IMG/VR virus record: IMGVR_UViG_2568526245_000002
Strand: one strand, 5' to 3'
DNA length: 64,000 nucleotides
Origin: a virus
Shown piece by piece: positions 34,016-43,328 of this stretch. The notes under the pieces were generated by a model that was not told the DNA's origin, searched no databases, and saw nothing but the letters and a program-made list of their open reading frames with translations. Every line of letters starts with the position of its first letter. The stretch's first letter is position 1. Both the position numbers and the translations under genes were made by a program.

Positions 34016-34218
34016 GCAAGAAGATGAGCGTGGACCTGAAGGTCGGAGAGGTACTGCTGATCGATGGTACTGCCATCCGCCTGGAGAAGAAGTCCGGGCA
34101 GGTGGCGCGCCTGCAGATCTCGGCCGACGAAGGCACCGTTATTCAAAACCCCGCAGCAGCGCGCAGGAGTGCGCTCCAAGACCTGGAGCACACCCCTGAT
34201 GGCAAATACCCTCTATGA
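34012..34218 (+). CDS. 68-aa protein with CsrA-like fold
   Basis: LKVGEVLLIDGTAIRLEKKSGQVARLQISADEGTVI aligns with CsrA RRVGE.L.IGD.I.V.V....G..RL.I.AP..V.I; ATGA coupling. Confidence 0.55.
   Translation: MSKKMSVDLKVGEVLLIDGTAIRLEKKSGQVARLQISADEGTVIQNPAAARRSALQDLEHTPDGKYPL
34161..34174 (+). promoter_or_regulatory. GGAG-loop hairpin copy 1 (GCGCA-GGAG-TGCGC), upstream of ATG 34199
   Basis: 12-mer CGCAGGAGTGCG identical at three late-gene leaders. Confidence 0.55.
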
Positions 34219-34606
34219 CTATGCCCGCCAGCGCTTCCTGGAAGGTCAGTTCAACTGGATGACCGACACGATCAAGGTGATCCTGGTCGATACCGGCGCC
34301 TACACGCCGCAGACTGCGATCCACCAGTACCTGTCGGATATCCCGTCGTCGTCCCGGATCGCTGGTCCGGTCACTCTCACCGCGAAGACCACCACTGGCG
34401 GCGCCGCCGACGGTGCGGATGTGACGTTCACCAGTGTGTCCGGCGCGAGCATCGAGGCAATCATTATCTACAAGGACACCGGTACCGAGTCCACCAGCCC
34501 GCTGATTGCATTCATCGACACGGCTACCGGCCTGCCGATCACCCCCAACGGCGGCGACATCATCGTCACCTGGGATAACGGCACCAACAAAATCTTCAAG
34601 GTCTGA
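34199..34606 (+). CDS. Virion structural protein (MANTLYDYARQRFLEG...TPNGGDIIVTWD)
   Basis: GGAG SD before ATG 34199; beta-rich conserved tail-associated pattern. Confidence 0.65.
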   Translation: MANTLYDYARQRFLEGQFNWMTDTIKVILVDTGAYTPQTAIHQYLSDIPSSSRIAGPVTLTAKTTTGGAADGADVTFTSVSGASIEAIIIYKDTGTESTSPLIAFIDTATGLPITPNGGDIIVTWDNGTNKIFKV

Positions 34607-34615
34607 GCGCCTGCG

Positions 34616-34627
34616 CGCAGGAGTGCG
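34616..34627 (+). promoter_or_regulatory. GGAG-loop hairpin copy 2, overlapping the SD of gene 34630
   Basis: CGCA-GGAG-TGCG followed by AA then ATG. Confidence 0.55.
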
Positions 34628-34629
34628 AA

Positions 34630-35055
34630 ATGCAAGGGCATCAACACCCGCACGAGAAGAACGCCGACTGTCATTGCGTGGCATGCCGGCCGCTTGAACG
34701 CCCCTGTGATTGTGAGGGCTGCATGAGGCTGATGAGTGGCTCGGGCAAGCCGCCAGCGCAGGGTATCGGTGTCAAGGGTATCGAGCCCAGGCCCATTGAA
34801 CTGACGCCGAGCCAGGAAATGTACGTCAACTGGAAGGCTGTAGGCGCCTTGCCTCCGTTCCAGATGTTCGTTCACGAGCAGGCTCCATGTCCGCCCGACC
34901 GCTGCCAGCAACAGTGGGCTATCGACTACGGTGTGCGCTACGGCGCCCAGGTCGGAGACAGGGTGCTGCTGGAGCGCTATGCCCAGTGGCACCAGGCGAA
35001 AGGCTACTGGCCAGACGAAACGATCCTCGGTCAACCGGTTGAAGGAGCGAATTAA
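34630..35055 (+). CDS. Hypothetical protein with His/Cys-rich N-terminus
   Basis: HQHPHE..ADCHCVAC...CDCEGC. Confidence 0.7.
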   Translation: MQGHQHPHEKNADCHCVACRPLERPCDCEGCMRLMSGSGKPPAQGIGVKGIEPRPIELTPSQEMYVNWKAVGALPPFQMFVHEQAPCPPDRCQQQWAIDYGVRYGAQVGDRVLLERYAQWHQAKGYWPDETILGQPVEGAN

Positions 35056-35912
35056 TGGCCGACACCATCGACCTGGACGGCGAAAAATTCGTCTCTCCAT
35101 CATTCGTCACCAGTGCGACATCGCTCGACGACATCTATACCGCCTGGGTGGCCGACTTCCAAGGCCCAACGACGGCCTATAACCCTAGCTGGCCGAGCAC
35201 CGATGATAGTGCGACGCTGCTACCAATCCCGCCGTTGTGGACCGGCGGCGCCGATAGGTTGGTTGTTTCTACCGAGTGCGGTGTGGAGATTGTCCCCTAC
35301 CAGTTCACCTCGGCCAGTACGCACTACTCACAGGCGATCGCAGGAGTTAGCCGGTACTACTCGATCAACTGCGGGCTGCGCCTGGCGATTATCTTCCACC
35401 CGACTGGTGTCGACTCAGGTATTACCAGCTTTTCGGGCAACTACAACGCCGACCTGGCGCTATTTCGCGGCACGCATAACCGATCCAGTGAAAACGTTCA
35501 ATTCGTGGCGCGTGTCGTTCCGGGCAGGCAAATCGATGTGGCCATCAAGAACACCGCCCAAACTGCTGGACTCCCCATCAAGCTGGTGGTCCTCAACGGC
35601 ACCACTGTGGTGTCTTCCTCCGACCTGACTACGATCGTTCAGGGTGGTGTCACACTGGTGACATGTTCCATCTACGGTGGAACCGTCTCGGGCACCGTCG
35701 TGGACCAGGCTGGCCAGCCTGCTACCCGCATCGTCCATGTTCACGAGCGCGAAACAGGGTCGGTGATTGGTAGAGGACGCAGCGACTCATCAGGTCTGTT
35801 CGAAATTCCGGTCATCGCGAAGGTGGGTACCACCATGTACGTGGTCGGCCTGGACGATGAGAACTCGCCGCTGATCAATGCTGTGATCGCCGATCGCATC
35901 GTGCTGGAGTAG
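35055..35912 (+). CDS. Putative tail fibre / receptor-binding protein
   Basis: Beta-rich variable N-part; C-terminal VSGTVVD..GQPA.RIV.V.ER.TG..IG..RSD..G.FEI sandwich domain; AT-richer than flanks. Confidence 0.55.
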   Translation: MADTIDLDGEKFVSPSFVTSATSLDDIYTAWVADFQGPTTAYNPSWPSTDDSATLLPIPPLWTGGADRLVVSTECGVEIVPYQFTSASTHYSQAIAGVSRYYSINCGLRLAIIFHPTGVDSGITSFSGNYNADLALFRGTHNRSSENVQFVARVVPGRQIDVAIKNTAQTAGLPIKLVVLNGTTVVSSSDLTTIVQGGVTLVTCSIYGGTVSGTVVDQAGQPATRIVHVHERETGSVIGRGRSDSSGLFEIPVIAKVGTTMYVVGLDDENSPLINAVIADRIVLE

Positions 35913-35914
35913 CT

Positions 35915-38878
35915 ATGACCACGGGCGTAGAGCTGCGTTTTGACGCAGTACCCAGCGGCTACGTCCCCTCCAGCAGTCGCAACGTCACGCTGGGTGGCGG
36001 CCCGCCGGCGAACCTTCCCGAAGGAACCATCGGAGCTTGGGGCATTCAGCCACCGCTCCTCTCGCGCGATGCCCGGGTAGTGCGGACAATCCTTCCGGAC
36101 CCGCACGCATCGGCGGATCTCGACTTCTCTACCGTTGACCCCGCCTACGTGCCGCCAGCGTCCAATGCTGTGCTGCTTCAGTGGGGTGAGTTGCCGCCGG
36201 TAGAGGGCCAAACGGTTTTCCCGGGCGGATTCAGCGATTCCATGGTACCGCCACCGGCGATCCGTACTCAGTATCGCTTTGTGTTGCCTGTAGGGTCGTC
36301 GCACCAAGTGTTCGGCGCCGCCAAGGCTTGGAAGTACAGCACGTTCGTTTCGGCCTACGGCTTCAATTCGAACGTCATCGGATCCCACAACGCACAGAAC
36401 AAGCACCGAACGGTTCAGCCGACCGGATTTGTCGCCTACCAAAGCGGGCAGGCGAACATCATCAACCGAAACCGCTATGTGGCGGCCGGCAACATTGCGC
36501 CGCCGCCGTGGGGCGCGAATCCCACGGTTTGGCTGTACACCCGCTACCTGAAGCCTGGCGGCCTACTGGCGACCGCGATCCCGGATGTCCACCGCATCAG
36601 CCACGAACGCCAGTTCGTGCAGCTCAATGCTGGTGTTCCAGCGCCAGGCATGGGGACGGCATGGGTCAGTCAGGGAACGCGCGTTCTGGAGCCCATTGGC
36701 ACGTTTCTGGATGCCGTGGCCAGACCTATGGTCGGCGGCACGCGCTTCTTGGAGCCGCCAGGCTGGGATTCCTCGGCATTCGGCACGCGGATCATTCCCG
36801 AGTCGCAGACGGTCGCGCCTCAAGGCTTCGCCGAGTTGTGGGGGCAGCAGGCGATCAACAACTGGCTCACCTTTGCCGAGCCGGCCGGATTCCAGAGCAC
36901 CGTCCAGGAAGAATACCGCTGGGGCCGCGCAGACGTGTGGAACCTGCGCCAGTACGTGGTCCAGGAGTACGACCCGGACAGCGAGTTGAACCCGCCACCC
37001 TGGTCGCAGTGGACGCTGGTGGAGAACCGAAACCGTCAAGTGGGCACCATCGGCATGCCTTCGCCGCCAGCCGGCTTCCCGCAGATCGACAACAATGCCA
37101 GGCCGATCCTGCCAGGCGGCGTGGCGCCGCCGCAGATCACCACCGCAGCCATGATTGCCTACGGCCGCCGTTACCTGCCGCTGGAAGGCATCGAACCGCC
37201 GCCGATCCTGAATTGGCATGCCGTCTACAACGGCGCGAGGGTGTTGGTGTCGACCGGGAATGCGCAAAGCGCTTTCGGTGTTGCGAGACTGGAGAACACG
37301 CGGCGTTACTTCGACCGCATCGGCGGCTTCGACTCGGCGGATATCGGCATCGCGTTCATCGATTTCGCCATTCGCGGTATCAGCATCGAGCCGCGCTACA
37401 GCATCGAGCCGCCGGATATCAAGTTGCCCGAGGTCAAGCTGTACACGCGCTATGTCGATCCGGCAAGCAACGACATGCTGAACATGGGCCTGGCGGCTCT
37501 GTCGATCCACTTCAACGCGATCGGGCCGAGGTGGGCGCACAAAGACCTGTTCGGCGATCCGCGCATCCACAACGTGACGCCGGAGGTCGCGACCTTCGGG
37601 GCGAACGCCGAGGAATTCGGTTCGGCCTTCGTGCGCCTGCAATGGCGTCCGGTGGCGCCGGACGGCAGCAACATGCAGTTGTTCGGCCAGGCAAAGATCG
37701 CCGACCGCAAGCAGACCATCACGGTTCCAGGCACCAACCTGCTCAGGATGGGCGACAAGCTGGTGGTGACCAAGACCGGCGCACCGCCGTACTCGCCGCA
37801 GAACATCGTGGTGGATCGGGCGGTCAACACCGGCGCGGTGCTCGGAAAGCCCGGGCTTAATCAATACGTGCTGTACGCGGTAGGCGTCCGGGCGGCGGAA
37901 GTTGGGGAGCCAACGGTACGCATCATGGGCGTGAACATCGACGCTGGCATCAAGGTGGACGGCTACGGCATGCCAGCCGTGAGCTTGAAGCTGCGCAAGC
38001 TGACGGTGGACGAGTGGCCCGATGCTGAAGTGTTCCAGCCATCCAAGCCGCGCATCACGCCGCACACCATCTGGGCGGTGAAGGAGGCACCCGAGCAGGC
38101 TAAGCAGAACCATCCAGCCGGTAACCTGCACTATGTAGGGGAAACGCTGGTTTATCCTCCGGGCGAGCGGTTCGGCTCGGCGCGCATCAGCACCTACTTG
38201 GGCATCCTCAAGCCATTCCCGCTGGGCGACGTGTCGAAGGTGGGTGAGCACGCGATCTACCTGAAACGTCGCTACCTAGAGCCGCGGGGTCTGCAGGCGT
38301 ATCGCATGGGGTGGGCGATCGTGGGTGATGGCACCCAGTTCGTGACGCAGTTCGCCGGTGCTGATTCGATGTCACTGGGGGCGCCTGCTGTAGCCCGTGG
38401 CCCCTACTACGGCCCGCAAACGGTTCGGCCTGCTGGTCTGCTGGCCCCTGGCCCAGGTGGGGCGACATGGGTATCGCTGCTGGATCGTCGACTCCAGATG
38501 ACCGGACTCTCGTCGCTGGCTATGGGGTATTCGCGTGGAGAGGGTCCGTACCAGTGGCAGTCGCTGCATGTTGGGCCGCCGATGCCGACCATTCCAAGCG
38601 GTACCGACACATCAGTGTTCGGCACAGCCTGGGTTTCGCTGCGGGTACGAGGGGTTGAGCCGGACGGCTGGGAGTCGTTCATCTGCGAATACGACCCGTC
38701 GCACTTCGCGGATCGCATGCGAGTCCGCAACGTCTTCATCCCACCGGGTCCAAATGCCCAGTCCGTGGCACCTGTAGGGTTGGATTCAGTGGATGTGGGC
38801 GTGCCCAATGTGCGGCCAGGTGTCCACTACATCCGCCCTGACGGCAACGCCGATCAGTACCGCAAAGGAGCCTTCTGA
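35915..38878 (+). CDS. 987-aa repetitive virion (tail) protein
   Basis: Many ~22-aa P.G......G repeats; structural context. Confidence 0.7.
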   Translation: MTTGVELRFDAVPSGYVPSSSRNVTLGGGPPANLPEGTIGAWGIQPPLLSRDARVVRTILPDPHASADLDFSTVDPAYVPPASNAVLLQWGELPPVEGQTVFPGGFSDSMVPPPAIRTQYRFVLPVGSSHQVFGAAKAWKYSTFVSAYGFNSNVIGSHNAQNKHRTVQPTGFVAYQSGQANIINRNRYVAAGNIAPPPWGANPTVWLYTRYLKPGGLLATAIPDVHRISHERQFVQLNAGVPAPGMGTAWVSQGTRVLEPIGTFLDAVARPMVGGTRFLEPPGWDSSAFGTRIIPESQTVAPQGFAELWGQQAINNWLTFAEPAGFQSTVQEEYRWGRADVWNLRQYVVQEYDPDSELNPPPWSQWTLVENRNRQVGTIGMPSPPAGFPQIDNNARPILPGGVAPPQITTAAMIAYGRRYLPLEGIEPPPILNWHAVYNGARVLVSTGNAQSAFGVARLENTRRYFDRIGGFDSADIGIAFIDFAIRGISIEPRYSIEPPDIKLPEVKLYTRYVDPASNDMLNMGLAALSIHFNAIGPRWAHKDLFGDPRIHNVTPEVATFGANAEEFGSAFVRLQWRPVAPDGSNMQLFGQAKIADRKQTITVPGTNLLRMGDKLVVTKTGAPPYSPQNIVVDRAVNTGAVLGKPGLNQYVLYAVGVRAAEVGEPTVRIMGVNIDAGIKVDGYGMPAVSLKLRKLTVDEWPDAEVFQPSKPRITPHTIWAVKEAPEQAKQNHPAGNLHYVGETLVYPPGERFGSARISTYLGILKPFPLGDVSKVGEHAIYLKRRYLEPRGLQAYRMGWAIVGDGTQFVTQFAGADSMSLGAPAVARGPYYGPQTVRPAGLLAPGPGGATWVSLLDRRLQMTGLSSLAMGYSRGEGPYQWQSLHVGPPMPTIPSGTDTSVFGTAWVSLRVRGVEPDGWESFICEYDPSHFADRMRVRNVFIPPGPNAQSVAPVGLDSVDVGVPNVRPGVHYIRPDGNADQYRKGAF

Positions 38879-40068
38879 TGGCCACGACTTCCCTGGTGCC
38901 GCTGGCCGGCATCAACAACGTCGCCGAAGATGCCGCGCTGCAACGCGGCGGCGAGAGCCCGAGGCTCTATGTGCGTGACGCGGTGAACATAGACCTGTCG
39001 CCGGCCGGCAAGGCGCAACTGCGGGCCTCTGCGCGCCAGGTCACGGACCAGCCGTTCCGCCAACTCTGGCAAAGCCCACTGCACGGCGACGCCTTCGGCG
39101 CCCTGGGCGACCAGTGGGGAAAGGTCGATCCGCATTCATGGACGTTCGAGCCGCTCGCACAGATCGGCGAAGGGGACCTGTCCCACGAGGTGCTGAACAA
39201 TCGGGTGTGCGTCGCCGGAACGGCGGGCATCTTCACCTACGATGGCGCGAAGGCCGAGCGCTTGACGCTGGACACCCCGGCGCCGCCGCTGCTGGTGGCA
39301 GGCGCCGGATCGTTGAGTCAAGGCACCTACGGCGCGGCTGTGGCGTGGCTGCGCGGCCCCCAAGAGTCGGCGCCGTCGCTGATCGCCTTCGCGGACGTGA
39401 CCGATGCCGGCGCGCTGGAAGTCACCTTTCCGCTGTGCCTGGATGCCAGCGTTACCGGCGCGCGCCTCTACCTGACGCGAGCGAATGGCGGCGAGCTGCT
39501 GTTGGCCGGCGACTACCCGCTGGGCGCGGCCACGCTCATCCTGCCGACGCTACCGGAGCTGGGTCGACCGGCGCAGTTCCGCCACCTGTCGCCCATGCCC
39601 ACCGGCAAGTACCTGGCGTACTGGCGCGGGCGCCTGCTGACCGCGCGCGCTAACGTGCTGCGATTCTCCGAAGCGCTGACGTACCACCTGCATGATGAGC
39701 GTTACGGGTTCGTGCAGATGCCCCAGCGCATTACCTTCCTGCAGCCGGTGGACGGCGGGATCTGGGTGGGGCAGGTTGATCACGTCGCCTTTCTCGATGG
39801 TATCGACCCGGCAAGCCTGAGCGTGTCGCGCCGTGCATCGCGGGCTCCGGTGCCTGGTAGTGCGATCCTGGTCCCCGCCGAGGCGGTAGGCACCAACGCA
39901 TCACCGGATGGCTCGCCGGTCGCCGTGTGGCTGGCGGAGAACGGCTACGTCATGGGCACCAGCAGTGGCGCCATCGCCGAAGTTCATGCAGGCGTGCTCA
40001 CCGGTATCACCGGCCGTGCCGGTACCTCTGTAGTGTTCGACCGCCGTCTGCTGACGGCTGTAAGCTGA
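38878..40068 (+). CDS. Tail / DNA-stabilisation-like structural protein
   Basis: PLAGINNV...A.N.D...G pattern, beta-rich; TGATG coupling. Confidence 0.6.
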   Translation: MATTSLVPLAGINNVAEDAALQRGGESPRLYVRDAVNIDLSPAGKAQLRASARQVTDQPFRQLWQSPLHGDAFGALGDQWGKVDPHSWTFEPLAQIGEGDLSHEVLNNRVCVAGTAGIFTYDGAKAERLTLDTPAPPLLVAGAGSLSQGTYGAAVAWLRGPQESAPSLIAFADVTDAGALEVTFPLCLDASVTGARLYLTRANGGELLLAGDYPLGAATLILPTLPELGRPAQFRHLSPMPTGKYLAYWRGRLLTARANVLRFSEALTYHLHDERYGFVQMPQRITFLQPVDGGIWVGQVDHVAFLDGIDPASLSVSRRASRAPVPGSAILVPAEAVGTNASPDGSPVAVWLAENGYVMGTSSGAIAEVHAGVLTGITGRAGTSVVFDRRLLTAVS

Positions 40069-40099
40069 ATCACCCCGAATATCGGGCCTTCAATCGCTG

Positions 40100-40111
40100 C
40101 GCAGGAGTGCG
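40100..40111 (+). promoter_or_regulatory. GGAG-loop hairpin copy 3, upstream of ATG 40136
   Basis: CGCA-GGAG-TGCG in the intergenic region. Confidence 0.55.
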
Positions 40112-40135
40112 GCATGGGACTTCGGAGAGAACCCT

Positions 40136-40726
40136 ATGCAACGCATTAGCAGCGCTCTGCGCAAAGAACTGGCCGCCGACCTGGCCACTGGTAGCTTCGA
40201 CATCACCGAAAACGGCATTGCCTTCCCGCGGCTCAGCGTACTGGCCGGTGGCGAATACTTCGGCCGCATCAACAGCGGCGAGTGGGAGAAGGAAGGTGAC
40301 AACCTGATCCCCACCGAGGGCCTGGCGCACATCCTCAACATTGCGCTGGGCAGCAAGCCCAAGGTGTCGTATTTCCTGGCCCTGTTCGCCGGGACGGCAG
40401 CACCTGCTGCCAACTGGACCGCCGCCAACTTCGCCGCGGTGGCCTCGGAGATCACCAGCATGACCGAGGGTTACACCAGCGCTACCCGCCCAGCCTGGAC
40501 GCCAACCGATACCGCTACCGGTTCCATCGACAACATGAACGCGGTCGCGACCGTAACCATCGCCACGGCGTCGCAACTCAACGTCAACGGCGCCGCGTTG
40601 CTGACCAACAGCACCAAGGGTGGCACCACGGGTGCGCTGGTATCGGCGTCGAAGTACGCGGCGACTCGTGTGTTCCAGAACGGCGATACCTACGATATCG
40701 GCTACCGGCTGAACCTGACCGTCTAA
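40136..40726 (+). CDS. Virion structural protein
   Basis: 196-aa ORF with GGAG SD in the late operon. Confidence 0.7.
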   Translation: MQRISSALRKELAADLATGSFDITENGIAFPRLSVLAGGEYFGRINSGEWEKEGDNLIPTEGLAHILNIALGSKPKVSYFLALFAGTAAPAANWTAANFAAVASEITSMTEGYTSATRPAWTPTDTATGSIDNMNAVATVTIATASQLNVNGAALLTNSTKGGTTGALVSASKYAATRVFQNGDTYDIGYRLNLTV

Positions 40727-40730
40727 GCCG

Positions 40731-43328
40731 ATGTATTCGCCGCGCCCCTACGGACGTTTCGCGGAAGACGCGGAACTCTCCGCCGCCGATGCCGCCGCTG
40801 TCGAGCGGCTGGCCAGGAACCTGACGAACTTCAAGCAGGCGTCTGACCTCGCCAACCTGAAGCGCGTTGCGGACCTGCCCAGCGGCCGGCAGGCGGTGGC
40901 CATCGACATGGGCGGAGTGTTTCGCATCCTGGTGCTCGAGCAGCATGAGCTTCCGCAATTCCGTTTCGACGGGGTGGCACAGACCAACATCCCCATGCTG
41001 TTCTCCGGCGTCATCACCCGCGCCCAGGTGCTGACCGATGGGCAGGGCGTTGGCATAAGGTTGACCGAGCAGGCCCGGCGCCGGCTGGTGGCCTACGACC
41101 CGAAAGCGGCGCTTCCGCCGAAGGACGTGGCGTTGCAACGCTTCGTCATCAAGTACGAACCTCGTTTCCAATACTTCGAGCCGCGCGAGCAGGGCATCTA
41201 CACATTCACTCAGTACGTCAAGCAGCGCCCGACCTGGTACAGCGGCGCCATGGCCGAGGTCATGCAGGTGGCTGGCGGATATGGGCGGCAGGTCATGGCC
41301 GAACTGCCAGAGGACGACCTTGAGCGCGCAAGGATGCTGATTCCTGAGCGCTACATGCACCGCATCCGCCAGGAAGTCGGCAACGTTCGGCTGCCGGCCT
41401 ACACAGGCTTTCCGGACGAGCAAGGCCAGTTCAAATGTGACTACCTCGCCAGCCGCTGCAACGCCGTCGCTTTCGATGCCGGCAACAGTCCGTGGTTGCT
41501 GCAGATCAATGCGCGGGGCGTCTACGCGATGCCGCTTCCTGTGGTGCCGGCCACCACCACCGAGGCTTTCCGTGACTACGTGCTGGATGTTGGTGACGAC
41601 GAGCTGCTGAAGCTTCTGGACCGCTTCGGCGGCATGCCTACTGGTGAGGGGTTCCCACAGCCGGAACAGGAGTTCGAGGCGTGGCGCCGGGCCGGCGTCA
41701 TCGTCAAGGTCTGCGACACCGCCGACTTCTACAATTTCGAGGCCATGTACGCGGCGTGTGGCTGGGCGGTGAACAGCCGAGGCACCGAGGGCTTCAACAC
41801 CTGCTGGACCTATGACGACGCCGGCCTGATGCAGGTCCATGCGTACAAGATGAGTCTGTCGCTGGCCCCGGCGGAGAACCAGGGGCGACTGAAGAACACC
41901 TGGAATTTCGATGATCCAGACGATGCAGCGAAACTCAACGCCTACCTGGCCCAGGTCTATGGCGCGCTGACCGATGGCACCGCCAGAGAACTGGCCATCA
42001 AGTATAAGATTCGGCGGGTGCCGGCTGGTGAGATTCTCTCGCGCGCCTCTTCGGCCAGCGGCCCGGATCTGGACTACTGGGACAGCCTGGAACTACCTCC
42101 CATCGCCACCCACCAGGGCCGAGTGTCGCGCGTCGCCAGTGGCCCTTTCTACTGGCCGTCCAAGGTCTTGAAGTCCTGCACCCGCCTGAAGTTCCCCGAA
42201 CTGACGGGGCAGGGGTGCGAGTCCTTCCCGCACATCTCGCCCGACTATTCCGGCGGCGCAGTGAAGTGCGACACCATAGTCTTCGGCTGCTATGTCGAGG
42301 ACCAATTGCGTGTCATCAAGTATTTCTACGACGAACGCAAGTTCCAGCAGGAAACGACAAGTACGTTCGAGCAGTACATGATCGTCGGCCAGTGGGAGAA
42401 GACCGAGACCTTCGGCCTCAGCGGGCTGATGGGGTTCTTCTACACGACCGACTTCGACGATCGGCAGGAGCAGCCGGCGGTAACGGTTCATACCAACATC
42501 GTCGGCACCGATATGGGCTACGGCAACCCGGCTTACTCCACTCCGCCGACGCTTTGGTGCGTCGGCGGCGTGAGCCGGTCCAGGTATTACATGCACCGCA
42601 CCACGGTAGACACTACCGAGACGTTTACCCTGGACGTGGCGGCGCTGGTGCCGGTGTTCGAGCGCGATTGCATGCTCTACGCCTACCAGGACCATACCGG
42701 GGGACGCAGTTCCCACGAGGAAACGACGCAGGGCTCTGTGCCTGATCCAACGTCCTACGAACTCTGGTGCTACGACGACATCTGGCACTGGATGGGGCAG
42801 ACGCGGAACGGGAACCGGGGCGACCCGCCATCCAAGGATGGGGTGCCTGTCTATGTCGACACGCTGGTCTACAGCCCCACCGAAATCAGCGACTTCGCCG
42901 AGAGTGGCAACTGGCTGAACCTGCCACCTGGCGGGTTTCTGGATGTCACGGGCATCTGTGGGCCGTACACCTACCGCAACTCCGTCCACAACGCCAACGG
43001 CGTCATCATCGGCGGCGAGGCGCCAGGCTTCGATCCGTACCGGAAGGACACCCAGTACCCCAACGAGAGTAGCGGGCGCCTGAGTGTGTGCCTGTCCGTG
43101 GCCGGCGCTGTTCAGGTCAACAAGGACATGCCGCACTCGTGGTACTGGGGCTTCTCGCCCGAGAACGACTTTTACTTCTACCGCGACGCCGTGCATGTCG
43201 CCATCGGCGACGCCCGGTACGCCAGCATCTACGAGACGGGCCAGGATGGACTGCGCCGCCGCTGGGGGCATACCGCACTTGCCGATCACAAGGCGGCCCA
43301 CCACTTCATAGGGGTTATCAATGAGTGA
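40731..43328 (+). CDS. 865-aa virion structural protein
   Basis: Long ORF, aromatic/beta-rich, in the late operon. Confidence 0.7.
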   Translation: MYSPRPYGRFAEDAELSAADAAAVERLARNLTNFKQASDLANLKRVADLPSGRQAVAIDMGGVFRILVLEQHELPQFRFDGVAQTNIPMLFSGVITRAQVLTDGQGVGIRLTEQARRRLVAYDPKAALPPKDVALQRFVIKYEPRFQYFEPREQGIYTFTQYVKQRPTWYSGAMAEVMQVAGGYGRQVMAELPEDDLERARMLIPERYMHRIRQEVGNVRLPAYTGFPDEQGQFKCDYLASRCNAVAFDAGNSPWLLQINARGVYAMPLPVVPATTTEAFRDYVLDVGDDELLKLLDRFGGMPTGEGFPQPEQEFEAWRRAGVIVKVCDTADFYNFEAMYAACGWAVNSRGTEGFNTCWTYDDAGLMQVHAYKMSLSLAPAENQGRLKNTWNFDDPDDAAKLNAYLAQVYGALTDGTARELAIKYKIRRVPAGEILSRASSASGPDLDYWDSLELPPIATHQGRVSRVASGPFYWPSKVLKSCTRLKFPELTGQGCESFPHISPDYSGGAVKCDTIVFGCYVEDQLRVIKYFYDERKFQQETTSTFEQYMIVGQWEKTETFGLSGLMGFFYTTDFDDRQEQPAVTVHTNIVGTDMGYGNPAYSTPPTLWCVGGVSRSRYYMHRTTVDTTETFTLDVAALVPVFERDCMLYAYQDHTGGRSSHEETTQGSVPDPTSYELWCYDDIWHWMGQTRNGNRGDPPSKDGVPVYVDTLVYSPTEISDFAESGNWLNLPPGGFLDVTGICGPYTYRNSVHNANGVIIGGEAPGFDPYRKDTQYPNESSGRLSVCLSVAGAVQVNKDMPHSWYWGFSPENDFYFYRDAVHVAIGDARYASIYETGQDGLRRRWGHTALADHKAAHHFIGVINE

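Noticed and set aside
36563-38251. 562-aa minus-strand ORF
   Set aside because: Antisense shadow of the 987-aa tail protein
35055-38878. Diversity-generating retroelement or invertible tail cassette
   Set aside because: No reverse transcriptase, invertase or template/variable repeat pair found
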